A stretch of 64,000 bases of DNA from a virus (IMGVR_UViG_3300029873_000387); one strand, 5' to 3'; shown: positions 1-10,515, numbered from the stretch's first letter. The notes: generated by a model from the sequence alone, not told the origin. Translations and numbers: made by a program.

Positions 1-172
1 GCCCATAAGGGACAGCGGCGCCACGGTGTTTAACTTCAAGGATTATGTATTCACGATTACGCAGCTCAATCAACCCGTCGATGTCGGTCGGGTAGATACC
101 GCCCTCAAGCTCCAGGCCTTTGAAGTCGATAAGCTGACGCATCTTTTTGGGGTTTCGTATTTTGCTTTTCAT
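1..172 (-). CDS. Partial CDS; its stop codon lies beyond the window start. Possible PD-(D/E)XK-type nuclease.
   Basis: A clean minus-strand reading frame starts at ATG 172..170 (MKSKIRNPKKMRQLIDFKGLELEGGIYPTDIDGLIELRNREYIILEVKHRG...) and runs off the left edge. It has a D...E-x-K-like motif. It is absent from the ORF track because it has no stop inside the window. Confidence 0.35.
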   Translation of the reverse strand, partial: MKSKIRNPKKMRQLIDFKGLELEGGIYPTDIDGLIELRNREYIILEVKHRGAAVPYG

Positions 173-176
173 AGCC

Positions 177-857
177 TCACTCTTTGTGCGGCATCTTACC
201 GCAGGACTTTTTCTCCTTGCAGAAGCCCATGTACTCGCACTTTGGCATGAAGTAGTGGTCAACCAGGTACGCCCACTCTTCCGAATACGCACGGAGAGCA
301 TTGCACACATCGTCAAACAGCTTTCGATACTCATGATAAGCACGAGAACACATCCGCTGGTGGGACATATCCATAAGGTTTCTGGCGTTGTGCTTGCACA
401 CGATACGAGTGGTCATTCCCAGCGGCAGCAGCAGTGCCGTGTCCTCACGGGGGACGCCAAACGCATCCAGTGCCGTAAGCGCATTTTGGAGAATTGTCAT
501 GACCTTCTTGTATCCGGCTGACGCCGCCTTGTCCTTTTCGATGCTGGGAGGTACGACATAATCAAAGCCGTGCTCATAGTCGATATATCTTGTGCTTGCC
601 TGCAATCTCGTAGGCGAACCGCCAATGTGGGTGTACCACTCACGAATGACCCGTGCAGAGTACCCATCGAGAATCATATAGGCATCGGGGAACTCAAAAG
701 TTCTTCCGTGTTCACTCTCAAGGCAGTCAATGCCTCGACGATAGTTTTTCTTCTGGTCGGAAATATCGGCGCCCCAGCAGACACCGGCCTCCGTTCCAAT
801 CATGGTGATTGGCTCTTTGCAGGTGAAGTCCTGAACAATTACCTTACCCATTGGCAC
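177..857 (-). CDS. thyX: Flavin-dependent thymidylate synthase (ThyX)-like protein
   Basis: 226 aa. The segment S..RLQASTRYIDYEHGFDYVVPPSI resembles the ThyX RHRxxSxxxxSxRY...FEFVIPP region. TALLLPLGMTTRIVCKHNARNL resembles the ThyX ArxvLPxxxxTxxxxxxNxRxL block. The RHR triad itself is degenerate. Confidence 0.45.
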   Translation of the reverse strand: MPMGKVIVQDFTCKEPITMIGTEAGVCWGADISDQKKNYRRGIDCLESEHGRTFEFPDAYMILDGYSARVIREWYTHIGGSPTRLQASTRYIDYEHGFDYVVPPSIEKDKAASAGYKKVMTILQNALTALDAFGVPREDTALLLPLGMTTRIVCKHNARNLMDMSHQRMCSRAYHEYRKLFDDVCNALRAYSEEWAYLVDHYFMPKCEYMGFCKEKKSCGKMPHKE

Positions 858-863
858 CCTCCT

Positions 864-1637
864 TTACGCCTGCTGTAAGTTCTGCTTGATAGCAAACCCG
901 TCAAGAAATTCATCCATTGCTTTGGTGTCTCCGGCGGACAGTTCCGCATCTTCTTTGACACGATTCTTTTTTCTTCTGCCACCACCTGTGAGTCTGTCGA
1001 ATACACTGTGGTTGATTTCTGCTGTATCTACATGGAAAGTAACCGTAGGGTTGTACTCCCATGTTGCTGGGTTCGCCCAATATTGCTGCCAGTTGCCACC
1101 GGTCGTGGTGGTCGTGGTGGTAATCGTTTCAAACGGATTGTAGTAGAAGGGTTCTACAGCAGCAGTTGTCGTAGCGGCTTGTGCAGTGGCGACACGCATG
1201 GTCTCAGCCGCAATATTTCCGACATCGATAACAGCAGTATCCATTCTGGTAGTGCGGGTATGTGCGTCAAAGCGGACGGTCATACCGGTATCCGTAAACT
1301 GTACAGGGTCACGACTGGTAAGCCGGAATACCCGGTTCTCTTCATCGACAACAATGATGTCATCCAACGCCATGCCCGGATGATAGGTCATCCCAAGAAC
1401 CGCAGGCGAGACCATCGTGCGTTCAGTCGGCTCGTTGATAAGCGCAATACGATAGCCATAAAGGAAGCCGTAGTGGTCGCCGTCTCTGTTGGCGTGAATG
1501 TCTGCGGTGGCAAGAAGCTCTCGATAAAAATCCGCTGTCATAATGAGGACGATTTCGTCTTGCGTACAATAAGTCCTCACACGCTCTGCCTCTTGCAGGG
1601 CATTATCAATGTATCTCTGAAATTCTGCTCTATCCAT
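864..1637 (-). CDS. Hypothetical protein with a Thr-rich linker
   Basis: 257-aa ORF in the same operon and orientation as the replication genes. No recognisable motif. Confidence 0.45.
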   Translation of the reverse strand: MDRAEFQRYIDNALQEAERVRTYCTQDEIVLIMTADFYRELLATADIHANRDGDHYGFLYGYRIALINEPTERTMVSPAVLGMTYHPGMALDDIIVVDEENRVFRLTSRDPVQFTDTGMTVRFDAHTRTTRMDTAVIDVGNIAAETMRVATAQAATTTAAVEPFYYNPFETITTTTTTTGGNWQQYWANPATWEYNPTVTFHVDTAEINHSVFDRLTGGGRRKKNRVKEDAELSAGDTKAMDEFLDGFAIKQNLQQA

Positions 1638-1639
1638 TC

Positions 1640-1867
1640 TCAGCTTACCTCCTCAATGGGTGACACGGTACACATGGCAACGACCTTGTCGAAGCAGTCA
1701 CAGCAGAACTGGAGATGAACCTTGTCGCCGTCATGGACACTGCCATAACCGATTCTTGTATGTATTGTAAAGTTCTCCTGCCGGTCAAAGAAATCAAGCT
1801 CTTTGCCGCAGAGATTGCAGACCTGTTTGTCCTGCAAAATTTGCACCTCCATGCTTATAAAATCCAT
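1640..1867 (-). CDS. Small zinc-ribbon protein
   Basis: 75 aa with paired CxxC...CxxC (CNLCGK...CCDCFDK). Tightly packed between neighbouring genes. Confidence 0.45.
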   Translation of the reverse strand: MDFISMEVQILQDKQVCNLCGKELDFFDRQENFTIHTRIGYGSVHDGDKVHLQFCCDCFDKVVAMCTVSPIEEVS

Positions 1868-1880
1868 GTTTTATATGTAA

Positions 1881-4800
1881 TCAAAAAACCTGCTGATACG
1901 CTGTCAGCGTGTAATACTCGCCATCTCTCTCATAGCCTTTGCAGTAGATGATGTCACCCTCTTTGACAGGCTCCTTATCAAAGACTCTGTTGAAGACAGT
2001 GAACCGGCTCTCCTTGCCGCTGCCGATAGATTTCGTGAACAAGCTATACCCGAACTGCTTATTGTCACGCTTACGGTACAGCGGCTTGATATCCGTGATG
2101 TAGAGTTTGCGCCGGTCGGCTTCGTTGCCGGACACATAGCCGATGTAGCCCATAACATCATAGAAGTTGCGCACCTTGATAAGGTCGCTCAAGTCATCCA
2201 TTCCTGCTGCTTTGATGACGGTTTCTGCCTCTCGCAGGATAGATGCGACATCAAGAAGCGTATAACTCTTTGCGATGCCGCCTGACTTGGTTACGCCCAC
2301 CGCATATCGCTTTACGATTTCCTCCAACGGCGTTCCATCCACATCGCTTTTTCGTATCTGCTTGGCTTGTCCTTTCTTGAACATCTCGGAAAACAGACTT
2401 GTTATGCGGAGAAGTTCACGCTGATTACCAAAATCAGAGAAGAAATCCAGCTTAATGAGGATGTCAAGCTGCCTGGAGTTGATACTGGTCTTTTCATCCA
2501 AATCCCTGAGCAAATCCATGAAGTAGGAGTATTTATTTCTGGCAAGGTCATAGAGTTCATCGGCAAGATTGGCGCTCATATACTTGATGGAGGTGAGCCC
2601 CTTTGCAATGATTCTCTTTTCTCGGTCGAAGAAATACTCACCTCTGGACAATCCCCACTTTGGCAGTGTGACGCGGATGCCGACGCTGGTAGCGTAATTG
2701 GTAATGGCGGCGGTCTTATCCATGTTATCGCCAAAGATATTGAGTGCCGCAGTGAGGAACTCCAACGGATAGTAGTAACGCAGATACCCACAGATGTATC
2801 CAATGGAGGAGTAAGCATCAGAATGGTTCCATGAAAAGCCATAGGCGGAAGCATCCAGGATGATTTGCAAGAAAGGCTTGATGATTTTCTCGCACTGTTC
2901 CGAAGTCATGCTGTATTGTTCCGAACAATAGGCAACGAACCGTTCCTCAATCTCAGGGAGCAGTGTTTCTGTGCCTTTCTTCTTTGCAATAGCACGGCGC
3001 ACATTATCGGACTCTGCCGCAGAATAACCGCAGAACTTAACAAGGAACTGCATGATGGTCTCCTGCATGGCAATGCGTCCGGCCTCGGGGGAAAGAAATT
3101 CATTCAGCGCATCAAAACCGTTATCGTAAAACTCGCCCTTTGCAACGCTATCACGGAAACTGGCGCAGGCAGGGCGGAGAAGTCCGTTGCCAAAGGACAT
3201 CCATTTCAGCATGGAGAAGTTCGGAATTTTAGAGCGAGCTGTTTCCAGTGTGCTGTCCGACATAAACTGCCGGAGATAATGCTGTGCGCTGTCTGACTCC
3301 CATTGGAAGATAAGCGTTGTATCATCGCGGATGCTTTTCCATACGCTCATATCTTCCATATCTGTGTTATCGGGAGTAAGCCGCTCAATGCCGAGAGTTT
3401 TACAAGTCTCATTGATGACACCGATATTATCAAGCCCCAGGATATCCAGCTTGACATACATCAAGTCGTCCAGTTCTTTCATGTTAATCATGGAGACCGG
3501 ATACTCAGATGTAGATACGCTGCAGAGACCTACGGTCTGCTCAATGGGCAGGTCGCTGATAAGCACACCGCTTGGGTGGGTTCCGATGGAAACAATAGTG
3601 CCGTTGACAATATCCACATACCGGAAAACCTCTGGATACTTTTTACGAACTGCCTCTTCATGCGTCTCGACTTCTTTGCAGATGTGGTTGGAAACCTGAA
3701 TATAGTTAATGTCCTGACGGTCTTTGTAGAGGGCACGGCACACATCTCGAACAGCTCCCTTCAACGCAATGGTGTTAAAGGTAATGATTTCTGCGGAACG
3801 GATGCTTGGCAGGTTCATCTTGTCACGAAGCAGGAACCGTTTGACTGTGTCTCTGTCCTTGCCAGAGTAGTCCGTATCAATATCTGCATTGGTCACACGG
3901 GAGGGGTTCATAAAGCGGAAGAAGTTCAGCCCAAACCGCAGACTGTCCATTTGTGTAATACCAAGCAGATAGGCAATCATACTGCCGGACACAGAGCCTC
4001 TTCCGTAACCGCATTGGATACCGTTTTCATTTTCCCATTCCCGCAAATATGTTTGCAGGAGCATAAAGTCAATAGACTTTGTCGCCTTGTAGACATCAAA
4101 CTCTTCTTCGACAACACGCTCCAGCTCCTCTTTGGTATGGTTCTTCAGCGCATAGGGATGCGTCTCCATAGCAGACTGGACTTTTTCTCTGAAAGTCTTT
4201 TCCGGCTCTGCGTAAATGTGAGGATACTTGGTTCCTCTATCCAGCTCAAAAGGTTCCACCATATTTGCCAGCAGGTTTGTGTTTTCAATGGCCTGCATAT
4301 ACTCGGCTTCCGGTAACGAACCTTGTGCTCGATAGGCTGCGACCAATTCATCATAAGTTTTGAACTTCAAATCCCAACGCTCTTCGCCGTCGAAGAAAAT
4401 ATTTTTGGATGCCTGTAGGATACTGCGACCTTTCTCGTGCTCTTCATTCAAAACATGAGTGTCTGTTCCAGCTATCAGTGGGATGGTGAGTTCCTGACTT
4501 AACGCAAGCAGCTTTTTGTTATAGGAAATCTGTTTTTCATCCATGTGATGTCCGACTTCCAGAAAGCAGCGATGCCGGTTACGAGTCAAAAAATCGAGGT
4601 ACACCCGCTGTACCTGCTCGTCACCTTTCCCAAGCACACCGCCGACACAAGCGGTAGTGACAAGGATGTTATCCGATGTGTGGAACAACTCGTCAAAGGT
4701 AATGCGGGGAGCATAGTAGAAATGGTTGTCCTTCCTACAAAAACTGTTAGACACGAGACGGTTCAATTCCAAAAAGCCGCTGTAGTTTTTGGCGAGAAGA

Positions 4801-5105
4801 ACACAGTGATAGTTGTCTCTGATTTTTTCTGTAAGCGTTGTGGTGAGATAGCACTCAACGGCGTGGATATACTTCATCCCAGCTGCTTCAATCGCACTTT
4901 TCTTGTGCCACCACTCAAAAACAGAACCGTGTTCGGAAAAGCCCATCGCATTCATACCGCATTCTTTGGCTTTTGCAATGTACTCTCCGTATTTTGTGAC
5001 CGAATCAATATTGGTAACGCCATTTGACAGGTCGCTATGTAGATGATAGACGGTGTATTGCCCACTCATCGCCACGACAGCCTCCCTTCGTAGAGTTTTT
5101 TCCAA
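1881..5105 (-). CDS. dnaE: DNA polymerase III alpha subunit (DnaE-type) with N-terminal PHP domain
   Basis: 1074 aa. PHP motifs YTVYHLHSDLSNG...GFSEHGS. Polymerase core GYGRGSVSGSMIAYLLGITQMD. The true start is probably the GTG or ATG near 5069-5075 (VAMSGQ..., GGAGG RBS), abutting the primase gene. Confidence 0.9.
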   Translation of the reverse strand: MEKTLRREAVVAMSGQYTVYHLHSDLSNGVTNIDSVTKYGEYIAKAKECGMNAMGFSEHGSVFEWWHKKSAIEAAGMKYIHAVECYLTTTLTEKIRDNYHCVLLAKNYSGFLELNRLVSNSFCRKDNHFYYAPRITFDELFHTSDNILVTTACVGGVLGKGDEQVQRVYLDFLTRNRHRCFLEVGHHMDEKQISYNKKLLALSQELTIPLIAGTDTHVLNEEHEKGRSILQASKNIFFDGEERWDLKFKTYDELVAAYRAQGSLPEAEYMQAIENTNLLANMVEPFELDRGTKYPHIYAEPEKTFREKVQSAMETHPYALKNHTKEELERVVEEEFDVYKATKSIDFMLLQTYLREWENENGIQCGYGRGSVSGSMIAYLLGITQMDSLRFGLNFFRFMNPSRVTNADIDTDYSGKDRDTVKRFLLRDKMNLPSIRSAEIITFNTIALKGAVRDVCRALYKDRQDINYIQVSNHICKEVETHEEAVRKKYPEVFRYVDIVNGTIVSIGTHPSGVLISDLPIEQTVGLCSVSTSEYPVSMINMKELDDLMYVKLDILGLDNIGVINETCKTLGIERLTPDNTDMEDMSVWKSIRDDTTLIFQWESDSAQHYLRQFMSDSTLETARSKIPNFSMLKWMSFGNGLLRPACASFRDSVAKGEFYDNGFDALNEFLSPEAGRIAMQETIMQFLVKFCGYSAAESDNVRRAIAKKKGTETLLPEIEERFVAYCSEQYSMTSEQCEKIIKPFLQIILDASAYGFSWNHSDAYSSIGYICGYLRYYYPLEFLTAALNIFGDNMDKTAAITNYATSVGIRVTLPKWGLSRGEYFFDREKRIIAKGLTSIKYMSANLADELYDLARNKYSYFMDLLRDLDEKTSINSRQLDILIKLDFFSDFGNQRELLRITSLFSEMFKKGQAKQIRKSDVDGTPLEEIVKRYAVGVTKSGGIAKSYTLLDVASILREAETVIKAAGMDDLSDLIKVRNFYDVMGYIGYVSGNEADRRKLYITDIKPLYRKRDNKQFGYSLFTKSIGSGKESRFTVFNRVFDKEPVKEGDIIYCKGYERDGEYYTLTAYQQVF

Positions 5106-6046
5106 GTTTCTTGGCCTCTATCGACAGGACTGTCCTTTTCACCAAGTAAATTATCCTTATCCCAAAGATATTGCACATTGACAAACTGCTTTAACCGCTT
5201 GATATTGTGGTCGTCTCGGATGCAGACATCCTTATCAAGGGCAAAAACCACACGGCAGCCAAGTGCTGCCAGCAATTTCATCTGATTTGGGTTCAGATGC
5301 GAGGTCAAAATCGCCCCGGTATTGTGAATTCCGTAAGTATCGGCAAGTAGAACGGATTTGCAGCCCTCAAACAAGATGATTTCCCCTTTCTGGAGGATAG
5401 CATCTCTGTTTTCTGCAAGACCATAGATGGTTTTCAACTCACCCCACGACATGAAATAGGTGTATTTACGCAAACCCTTCTCTTTCCAGTGCGGGTCGAG
5501 GGTTCGCCCACCGATATTGACGATTTTCCCATCTGGATTTCGTATGGGATAGACAAGCCGGTCGGAAAAGCTGTCGTAGTACACCGAAAACTTGTCTATG
5601 GATGCACGGGAAATTCCTTCGCGCTCCCAAACGGCCAGCTTATCGTCTCGTTTTTCATACCGTTCCATGTAATCGTCCGGTAGTACCGTTCCTTTGGCCT
5701 TTTTTGCTGTGTTATGGGGTGGCGCGAACCGTTTTGCCACCTCTGTAGCTGCAAGACGCTTCCTTGAACTTACTTTGCCGTTAAATCCGCTGTATTTTTT
5801 CAGCTTTTCTACGGCTTCTGCCATACTACACTTGTCATAGTACCGAATAAATGTCAGCACATTGCCGCCGATACCGGAGGAGAAGTCAAAAAACGAATTT
5901 GTTTCTTTACGAACGGAGAAAGACGGCGTGTTTTCATCTTTAAGAGGTGACAGTGCCCAGTATTCTCCGTTTTTCTCTGTGAAATCCGTATATTGAGAAA
6001 TGTAATCCAGAATATCGACTGACTCTATCAGTTCAGACAGCTCCAA
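5066..6046 (-). CDS. DNA primase (TOPRIM domain)
   Basis: 326 aa. TOPRIM-like EGCKSVLLADTYGIH...VFALDKD. Lies between the helicase and the polymerase. Confidence 0.75.
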   Translation of the reverse strand: MELSELIESVDILDYISQYTDFTEKNGEYWALSPLKDENTPSFSVRKETNSFFDFSSGIGGNVLTFIRYYDKCSMAEAVEKLKKYSGFNGKVSSRKRLAATEVAKRFAPPHNTAKKAKGTVLPDDYMERYEKRDDKLAVWEREGISRASIDKFSVYYDSFSDRLVYPIRNPDGKIVNIGGRTLDPHWKEKGLRKYTYFMSWGELKTIYGLAENRDAILQKGEIILFEGCKSVLLADTYGIHNTGAILTSHLNPNQMKLLAALGCRVVFALDKDVCIRDDHNIKRLKQFVNVQYLWDKDNLLGEKDSPVDRGQETWKKLYEGRLSWR

Positions 6047-6088
6047 ACCGTCTCCTCCTTTCGCATTTTATTTAATTGTGATGACGGT

Positions 6089-7420
6089 TCAAAATGGCGT
6101 CTGAGGAATATGCTGTTTAGCCTGTTCATAGAGAATGTGATTGCCATCAAACAGCAAGTCTATGTATTCGTCCTGTGTCATCTGCATACCGTTACGATTG
6201 ACTGTGACACGCAGCTTTTTATTGCCACATTCCGCACCGTCTGCCTCGATTTCCTCCGGTGTTTTATCGGAAATCATGGCAATGGTCGAAGCGTTTCGTG
6301 CAATCTTGGCGCTGTCGGCAAGCTTACCTGTGATAGTTGCCTGTGCCGCACCGATACCGGCAATATTCATCTCTCCGCAGATTTGGTTCTTCACCATATC
6401 CACAAAACGGCCAAGTTCCTGATAGCTATCAAAGGCATCACCCTCGCCTTTACCTTTGAAGTAGTCCACGATAAGGACATCCAGCCCCTGAGTGTGCTTG
6501 ACCTTGTTGACAGCGGTATAAATACTCTGCTGGTCGAACATGGGGATGTAAATATGGGTGAACTTACGAGTCTTGAGCCACTCTTTTGCCGCCAGAATCC
6601 GCTGTTCCTCTTCCTCACTGTAGTTACCGGAGGTGAGGCGCTTATACTCAATGCCTGACAGATGAGCAAGAATACGGGAAGTAAATAGCCGTGTGTTCAA
6701 CTCGCTGTCCAAATACAGCACGGCGTAATCCTGCTTAAGCAAATCCACTGCACAATTCAGCAGCATCATACTCTTACCCTGCTTCTGTTCGGCGCCGAAG
6801 ATGAACAACTCTCCACGCTCAATGGTGGCGTAATCGTTCAAAGCGGGGAACTTGAAGGGGATTCCTGCGTAACCGGCACCCTGACGGCCTTTGATTTCCT
6901 CCCAGCATTTATCGACCACATCTTTATAGGCCGGGACATCATTGGTTGTAGAAAACTCCATCATCACATCGTCAAGCATCTTATAGATTTTCTGCTCGAT
7001 GTTCTCAGCAGAAGGTTGTGTACACAGCTTTTGGCATTCCTTTAATTGCTGGTATGTATCTCTGCGAAACGCTGCGTCCATCACATTATTTACGAGAAGC
7101 TTATACTCCTCGACTGTATTTCGGCTGATGGTTTCGCTGTTTTCCATGAGCGTATAGAGCTGGTCGATGCTCAGCTCATCCGCAAAACGCCGGGTAGCCT
7201 CTTTAGCAGTCAACGCTTGGATAATATTGTATGGGTCAATGCGTTCAATGCCATCTCTTGCGAGAGAACAAATCGCCTGATAGATATAGCGGTTCTCTTC
7301 GTTTGTGAAATGGTTTGGCAGCAGCTGCTCGGAGTAGTATGAAAAATCAGGATGGTGAATCAGCGTGGCGATAATACCCGCTTCGCTTTCGACCCGCGCC
7401 ATATCTTCATTTGCCAGCAT
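6089..7420 (-). CDS. dnaB: Replicative DNA helicase (DnaB family)
   Basis: 443 aa. Walker A GAEQKQGKSMMLLN and RecA-like core DSELN. N-terminal DnaB-like domain. Confidence 0.85.
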   Translation of the reverse strand: MLANEDMARVESEAGIIATLIHHPDFSYYSEQLLPNHFTNEENRYIYQAICSLARDGIERIDPYNIIQALTAKEATRRFADELSIDQLYTLMENSETISRNTVEEYKLLVNNVMDAAFRRDTYQQLKECQKLCTQPSAENIEQKIYKMLDDVMMEFSTTNDVPAYKDVVDKCWEEIKGRQGAGYAGIPFKFPALNDYATIERGELFIFGAEQKQGKSMMLLNCAVDLLKQDYAVLYLDSELNTRLFTSRILAHLSGIEYKRLTSGNYSEEEEQRILAAKEWLKTRKFTHIYIPMFDQQSIYTAVNKVKHTQGLDVLIVDYFKGKGEGDAFDSYQELGRFVDMVKNQICGEMNIAGIGAAQATITGKLADSAKIARNASTIAMISDKTPEEIEADGAECGNKKLRVTVNRNGMQMTQDEYIDLLFDGNHILYEQAKQHIPQTPF

Positions 7421-7426
7421 TTCTCA

Positions 7427-8212
7427 TCACCTCTTCTTCATCAACTGATAGTACTCGCACTCATCCTGCATTTCGCAGAGGTGGGTACATTTGAAAAACT
7501 CACATGACGGTTTGAAATCTGATTCTTGCCGTATCTCGGAAATCATTTCTGCAAGCCATTGTTTCGCACCTTCGTAGTCCTTATCCAAGAACGGCTCTTC
7601 GATGAAGGTATCGGTGCGGAAACAGTTGAAGCAAAGCTTGCGAGGCCGAACACCGTGTTCCTCCTCGACCGCAGCCGAATAGAGGTATAACTGCTTAAGG
7701 TAAGCATCCAGTTCCTCGTCCGTTTTGGTCGGCTTCTCCCGCTTGCTCCGAGGCTTCAAAACCCTGGACTTGTTATCCACCACATAGAGGGAGCCATCCA
7801 GCTCTCCAAGAAAATCAATGTAGCCAATGAAGGGGATTCCATTCACCTTGAAATCCACCTTCTTTTCAATGGCTACAGGTCGATACGGGAGCGGGTGGAT
7901 GCCCCGCAAATACCGAAGGCCACCAGTGAAGTAGTTCCCGAAGACCGTTTTATTTGGCGCCCGACCGATAACCTCTTTCTTGAAATCTCGCAGGTAAATG
8001 TCTGTCAACTGACGCGGGGATTTTCCCTCCTTGAAGTAGGTTTCAATCAGCTTGTGCATGAATGTGCCATAGCTTGCGAAAAACATTTCTTTGCCGTGGA
8101 TATGCCGGATGTACTTCAGATAAAAACGATACGGACAGTCTACGAAAGCTTTGATACGGGAGTAGCTCCAGACCATATCGTCAATGAGCGGTGCGTAATT
8201 GATTTCTCCCAT
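7427..8212 (-). CDS. PD-(D/E)XK exonuclease, Cas4/RecB-like with a C-terminal Cys cluster
   Basis: 261 aa. N-terminal CPYRFYLKY and C-terminal CEFFKCTHLCEMQDECEY form a four-Cys Fe-S-type arrangement typical of Cas4 and phage RecB-like exonucleases. Confidence 0.65.
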   Translation of the reverse strand: MGEINYAPLIDDMVWSYSRIKAFVDCPYRFYLKYIRHIHGKEMFFASYGTFMHKLIETYFKEGKSPRQLTDIYLRDFKKEVIGRAPNKTVFGNYFTGGLRYLRGIHPLPYRPVAIEKKVDFKVNGIPFIGYIDFLGELDGSLYVVDNKSRVLKPRSKREKPTKTDEELDAYLKQLYLYSAAVEEEHGVRPRKLCFNCFRTDTFIEEPFLDKDYEGAKQWLAEMISEIRQESDFKPSCEFFKCTHLCEMQDECEYYQLMKKR

Positions 8213-8224
8213 AGGCCGCCACCT

Positions 8225-8596
8225 TTAGAAAGGCAGGCGGTTGTCGTCGATTTCACCCTCATCAACTGTGGGCTGCGGCTCTGTACTGCTGTCACGAGGT
8301 TCCTCTCCGTCAAGCTCGAAGGAGAACATTTTGAAGTTGGTATATGTAACCTTTTTCTCTTTGTCGTACTTGGTCGTCACATCTACATCGCCGAGTTTGA
8401 TGCGGTTGCCCTCTTTCAAACCGGCAGCTTTCTTTGCTGCCGCCGTTCCGATGGCAAGGACGAAACCGGAAAAATCCTGTTCATACTCGCCAGACTGTTT
8501 GTTCTTTCGACTGATGGACATACGAACCTTCGTGCTGGTGTCGCTCATCGGCGTCACTTCCCAGACCTTTGCATAAGCACCTGTGCGAAAACCCAT
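8225..8596 (-). CDS. ssb: Single-stranded DNA-binding protein (OB fold)
   Basis: 123 aa. Its position between the nuclease and the annealing protein, basic OB-fold-like core and acidic C-terminal tail (DEGEIDDNRLPF) match SSB. Confidence 0.55.
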   Translation of the reverse strand: MGFRTGAYAKVWEVTPMSDTSTKVRMSISRKNKQSGEYEQDFSGFVLAIGTAAAKKAAGLKEGNRIKLGDVDVTTKYDKEKKVTYTNFKMFSFELDGEEPRDSSTEPQPTVDEGEIDDNRLPF

Positions 8597-8599
8597 GTG

Positions 8600-9301
8600 T
8601 TACTCCTCCTTAATACTGAATGTCTCTTTGAAATCTGCCAGCAATTTACCGGCAAGAGCTGACTCGGTGATGGCAAAATAGTTGCCGCCCTTTGCGTACT
8701 TGGACACAAACTTTTTCACATCCTCCGCCTTATCCTTATTGGACTCAAGGAAGTGCTTGACTGTCTCGTCAAAACTCTGGATGATGCCTTCCGCAATCAT
8801 CTTATCCTCAGCCGCCTCAGCAGCACGCTGCTTGCTGCGGAAATTATCGGGGTCGTCATCCGGCGTTGCGATGTTGAAATACTTGAGAAGGAAGTACCGA
8901 CTTGAGTAAGTCAACCCGGAACCAAATGCCTGTGAAGCATCGCTCTGTTGTCCAACAAGAGCCCAACTGACATCGATGCGCTCTTCGGGATTGTCGTTGT
9001 TGACCCAAGACCATGTCATATCGGCGCTTACCAAAATCTCGTTGTTGTTCTCCTCGTAAAACTCGCCCTTACCAGTTGTCTTGGTCTTCTTATATGTATA
9101 GGGTTCTACCCTTGTAGTTCCAGACTGAATACTGGGAACCAGTGACAGGTGATACTTGTCCATAAAAACCGAGATTTTTGCGAGAATTTCATCTTCGGTG
9201 ACATACTTGTAGCCGTAGCCGCTTTTGTTTTTCCGGATGACCTCGACCTGTTTTCTGACCTTAGCAAGCTTTTGATAAATGTTGCCTGTTTGCTCTGACA
9301 T
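8600..9301 (-). CDS. Single-strand annealing protein, ERF-like recombinase
   Basis: 233 aa. N-terminal NIYQKLAKVRKQV...GYGYKYVTEDEILAKI matches the conserved ERF-family block. It sits beside the SSB and the exonuclease. Confidence 0.5.
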   Translation of the reverse strand: MSEQTGNIYQKLAKVRKQVEVIRKNKSGYGYKYVTEDEILAKISVFMDKYHLSLVPSIQSGTTRVEPYTYKKTKTTGKGEFYEENNNEILVSADMTWSWVNNDNPEERIDVSWALVGQQSDASQAFGSGLTYSSRYFLLKYFNIATPDDDPDNFRSKQRAAEAAEDKMIAEGIIQSFDETVKHFLESNKDKAEDVKKFVSKYAKGGNYFAITESALAGKLLADFKETFSIKEE

Positions 9302-9319
9302 AAATAACCTTCTTTCCTT

Positions 9320-9898
9320 TTATTCGCCGCAAAGATAGGTAGCTTCCATATCGGCAAGATGCAGCAGGACAGCAAGCTTACTCCGCTCGAAAATTTTGCC
9401 GATAAAAGCATTCCCGCCCTTTACTGCTGTGTCCCAACCGCCCATATGAGCGCGGATAGCGAGAATTTCCTCCGGCTCAAGATGCATGAAGTTCTGAATA
9501 AGGATGACAGACTTGTCTGCGTGCTCTCCGCAGGGGAACTTCTCATCGATTTCATAGACCTCTTTCTTGTACCACTGGCTGGTCTCCTCATCCTTGACAT
9601 TGCGAAAACCTTTCTTGTAGAAGTTGACCTTGCAAATGTCGTGAAGCAGCGAAACAACTGCGACAGTTTCTTCGGGGTAGCTGTTCTGCAATCCGGCGTT
9701 TGCCAGCCCTCTCTTTAAGCAGTCATACACATTCAGGGAATGCTGAAGAAGCCCACCTTCATGGCAGCCGTGAAACTTTGTGGATGCTGGTGCAACGAAG
9801 AAGTCGGAATCCTCCAACCATCGCAGAAGCATATCAGAGCCATCTCTGTGTACTGCGTTATTGTACACAGAAAGAAATCTCTCCTTTAACTCGCCCAT
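9320..9898 (-). CDS. HD-domain phosphohydrolase
   Basis: His/Asp motifs FHGCHEGGLLQHSLNVYD...VSLLHDICK. Start set at ATG 9898, which is preceded by an AAGGAG RBS. The ORF track begins at 9916. Confidence 0.7.
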   Translation of the reverse strand: MGELKERFLSVYNNAVHRDGSDMLLRWLEDSDFFVAPASTKFHGCHEGGLLQHSLNVYDCLKRGLANAGLQNSYPEETVAVVSLLHDICKVNFYKKGFRNVKDEETSQWYKKEVYEIDEKFPCGEHADKSVILIQNFMHLEPEEILAIRAHMGGWDTAVKGGNAFIGKIFERSKLAVLLHLADMEATYLCGE

Positions 9899-9981
9899 AG
9901 GAACCACTCCTTTCAATCTTGTATTTTATTTAATTGTGTTGATATATGTAAAGAGAAACCTGCTTGATGCAGGTTCTCTGA

Positions 9982-10503
9982 TTACCAATTTCGGTTGGAT
10001 TTGGGAATGGGATAAAGCTTTTCTGCCGTTGTCTTTGCATGGGACAACTTCATTTTACCGTATGTCTGCATCAAAAGCATGACTGCGATATTACGGTTTC
10101 CGTCCAATTCCAAATCCTGATACTGGCTTTTCCCATACAGGCTTCCGTTTGCGGTGCGGAATGGGAGCCTCTCTTCACCGACATTCTGCCAGCCAAAACG
10201 GCTGGTATAACCATAAGTACCATCGTACTTCTTGATAAGAGACTTCTTGGCTTCCTCATCGCAGAAAACAGGATTGTCTCGCTTAAAAGACTCGATACGC
10301 TCCCAAACCGCATCGTACATATCGGGATTCTTTACATCCTCCATCATACGCTGCTCCAGCTCGGGGTCGGTATGTTCTGCGATATATGCCTTGATTAAAC
10401 GGCTGCGCTCTTCGCCGACAGCTCGTTCACCAATCTCTTTGGCTGTTTCTGTGGCAAGCCAAGCACCGCCTGCAAAGATTGAAAACAAATCTCCGATACC
10501 CAT
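9982..10503 (-). CDS. Hypothetical protein
   Basis: 173-aa ORF co-oriented in the early operon. No motif recognised. Confidence 0.45.
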   Translation of the reverse strand: MGIGDLFSIFAGGAWLATETAKEIGERAVGEERSRLIKAYIAEHTDPELEQRMMEDVKNPDMYDAVWERIESFKRDNPVFCDEEAKKSLIKKYDGTYGYTSRFGWQNVGEERLPFRTANGSLYGKSQYQDLELDGNRNIAVMLLMQTYGKMKLSHAKTTAEKLYPIPKSNRNW

Positions 10504-10515
10504 TTTTTCACCGCC

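Noticed and set aside
26-521. Plus-strand ORFs 26..250 and 147..521 at the window start
   Set aside because: They are antisense to a clean minus-strand coding frame (the partial nuclease-like CDS and the ThyX-like gene) and lack RBS signals.
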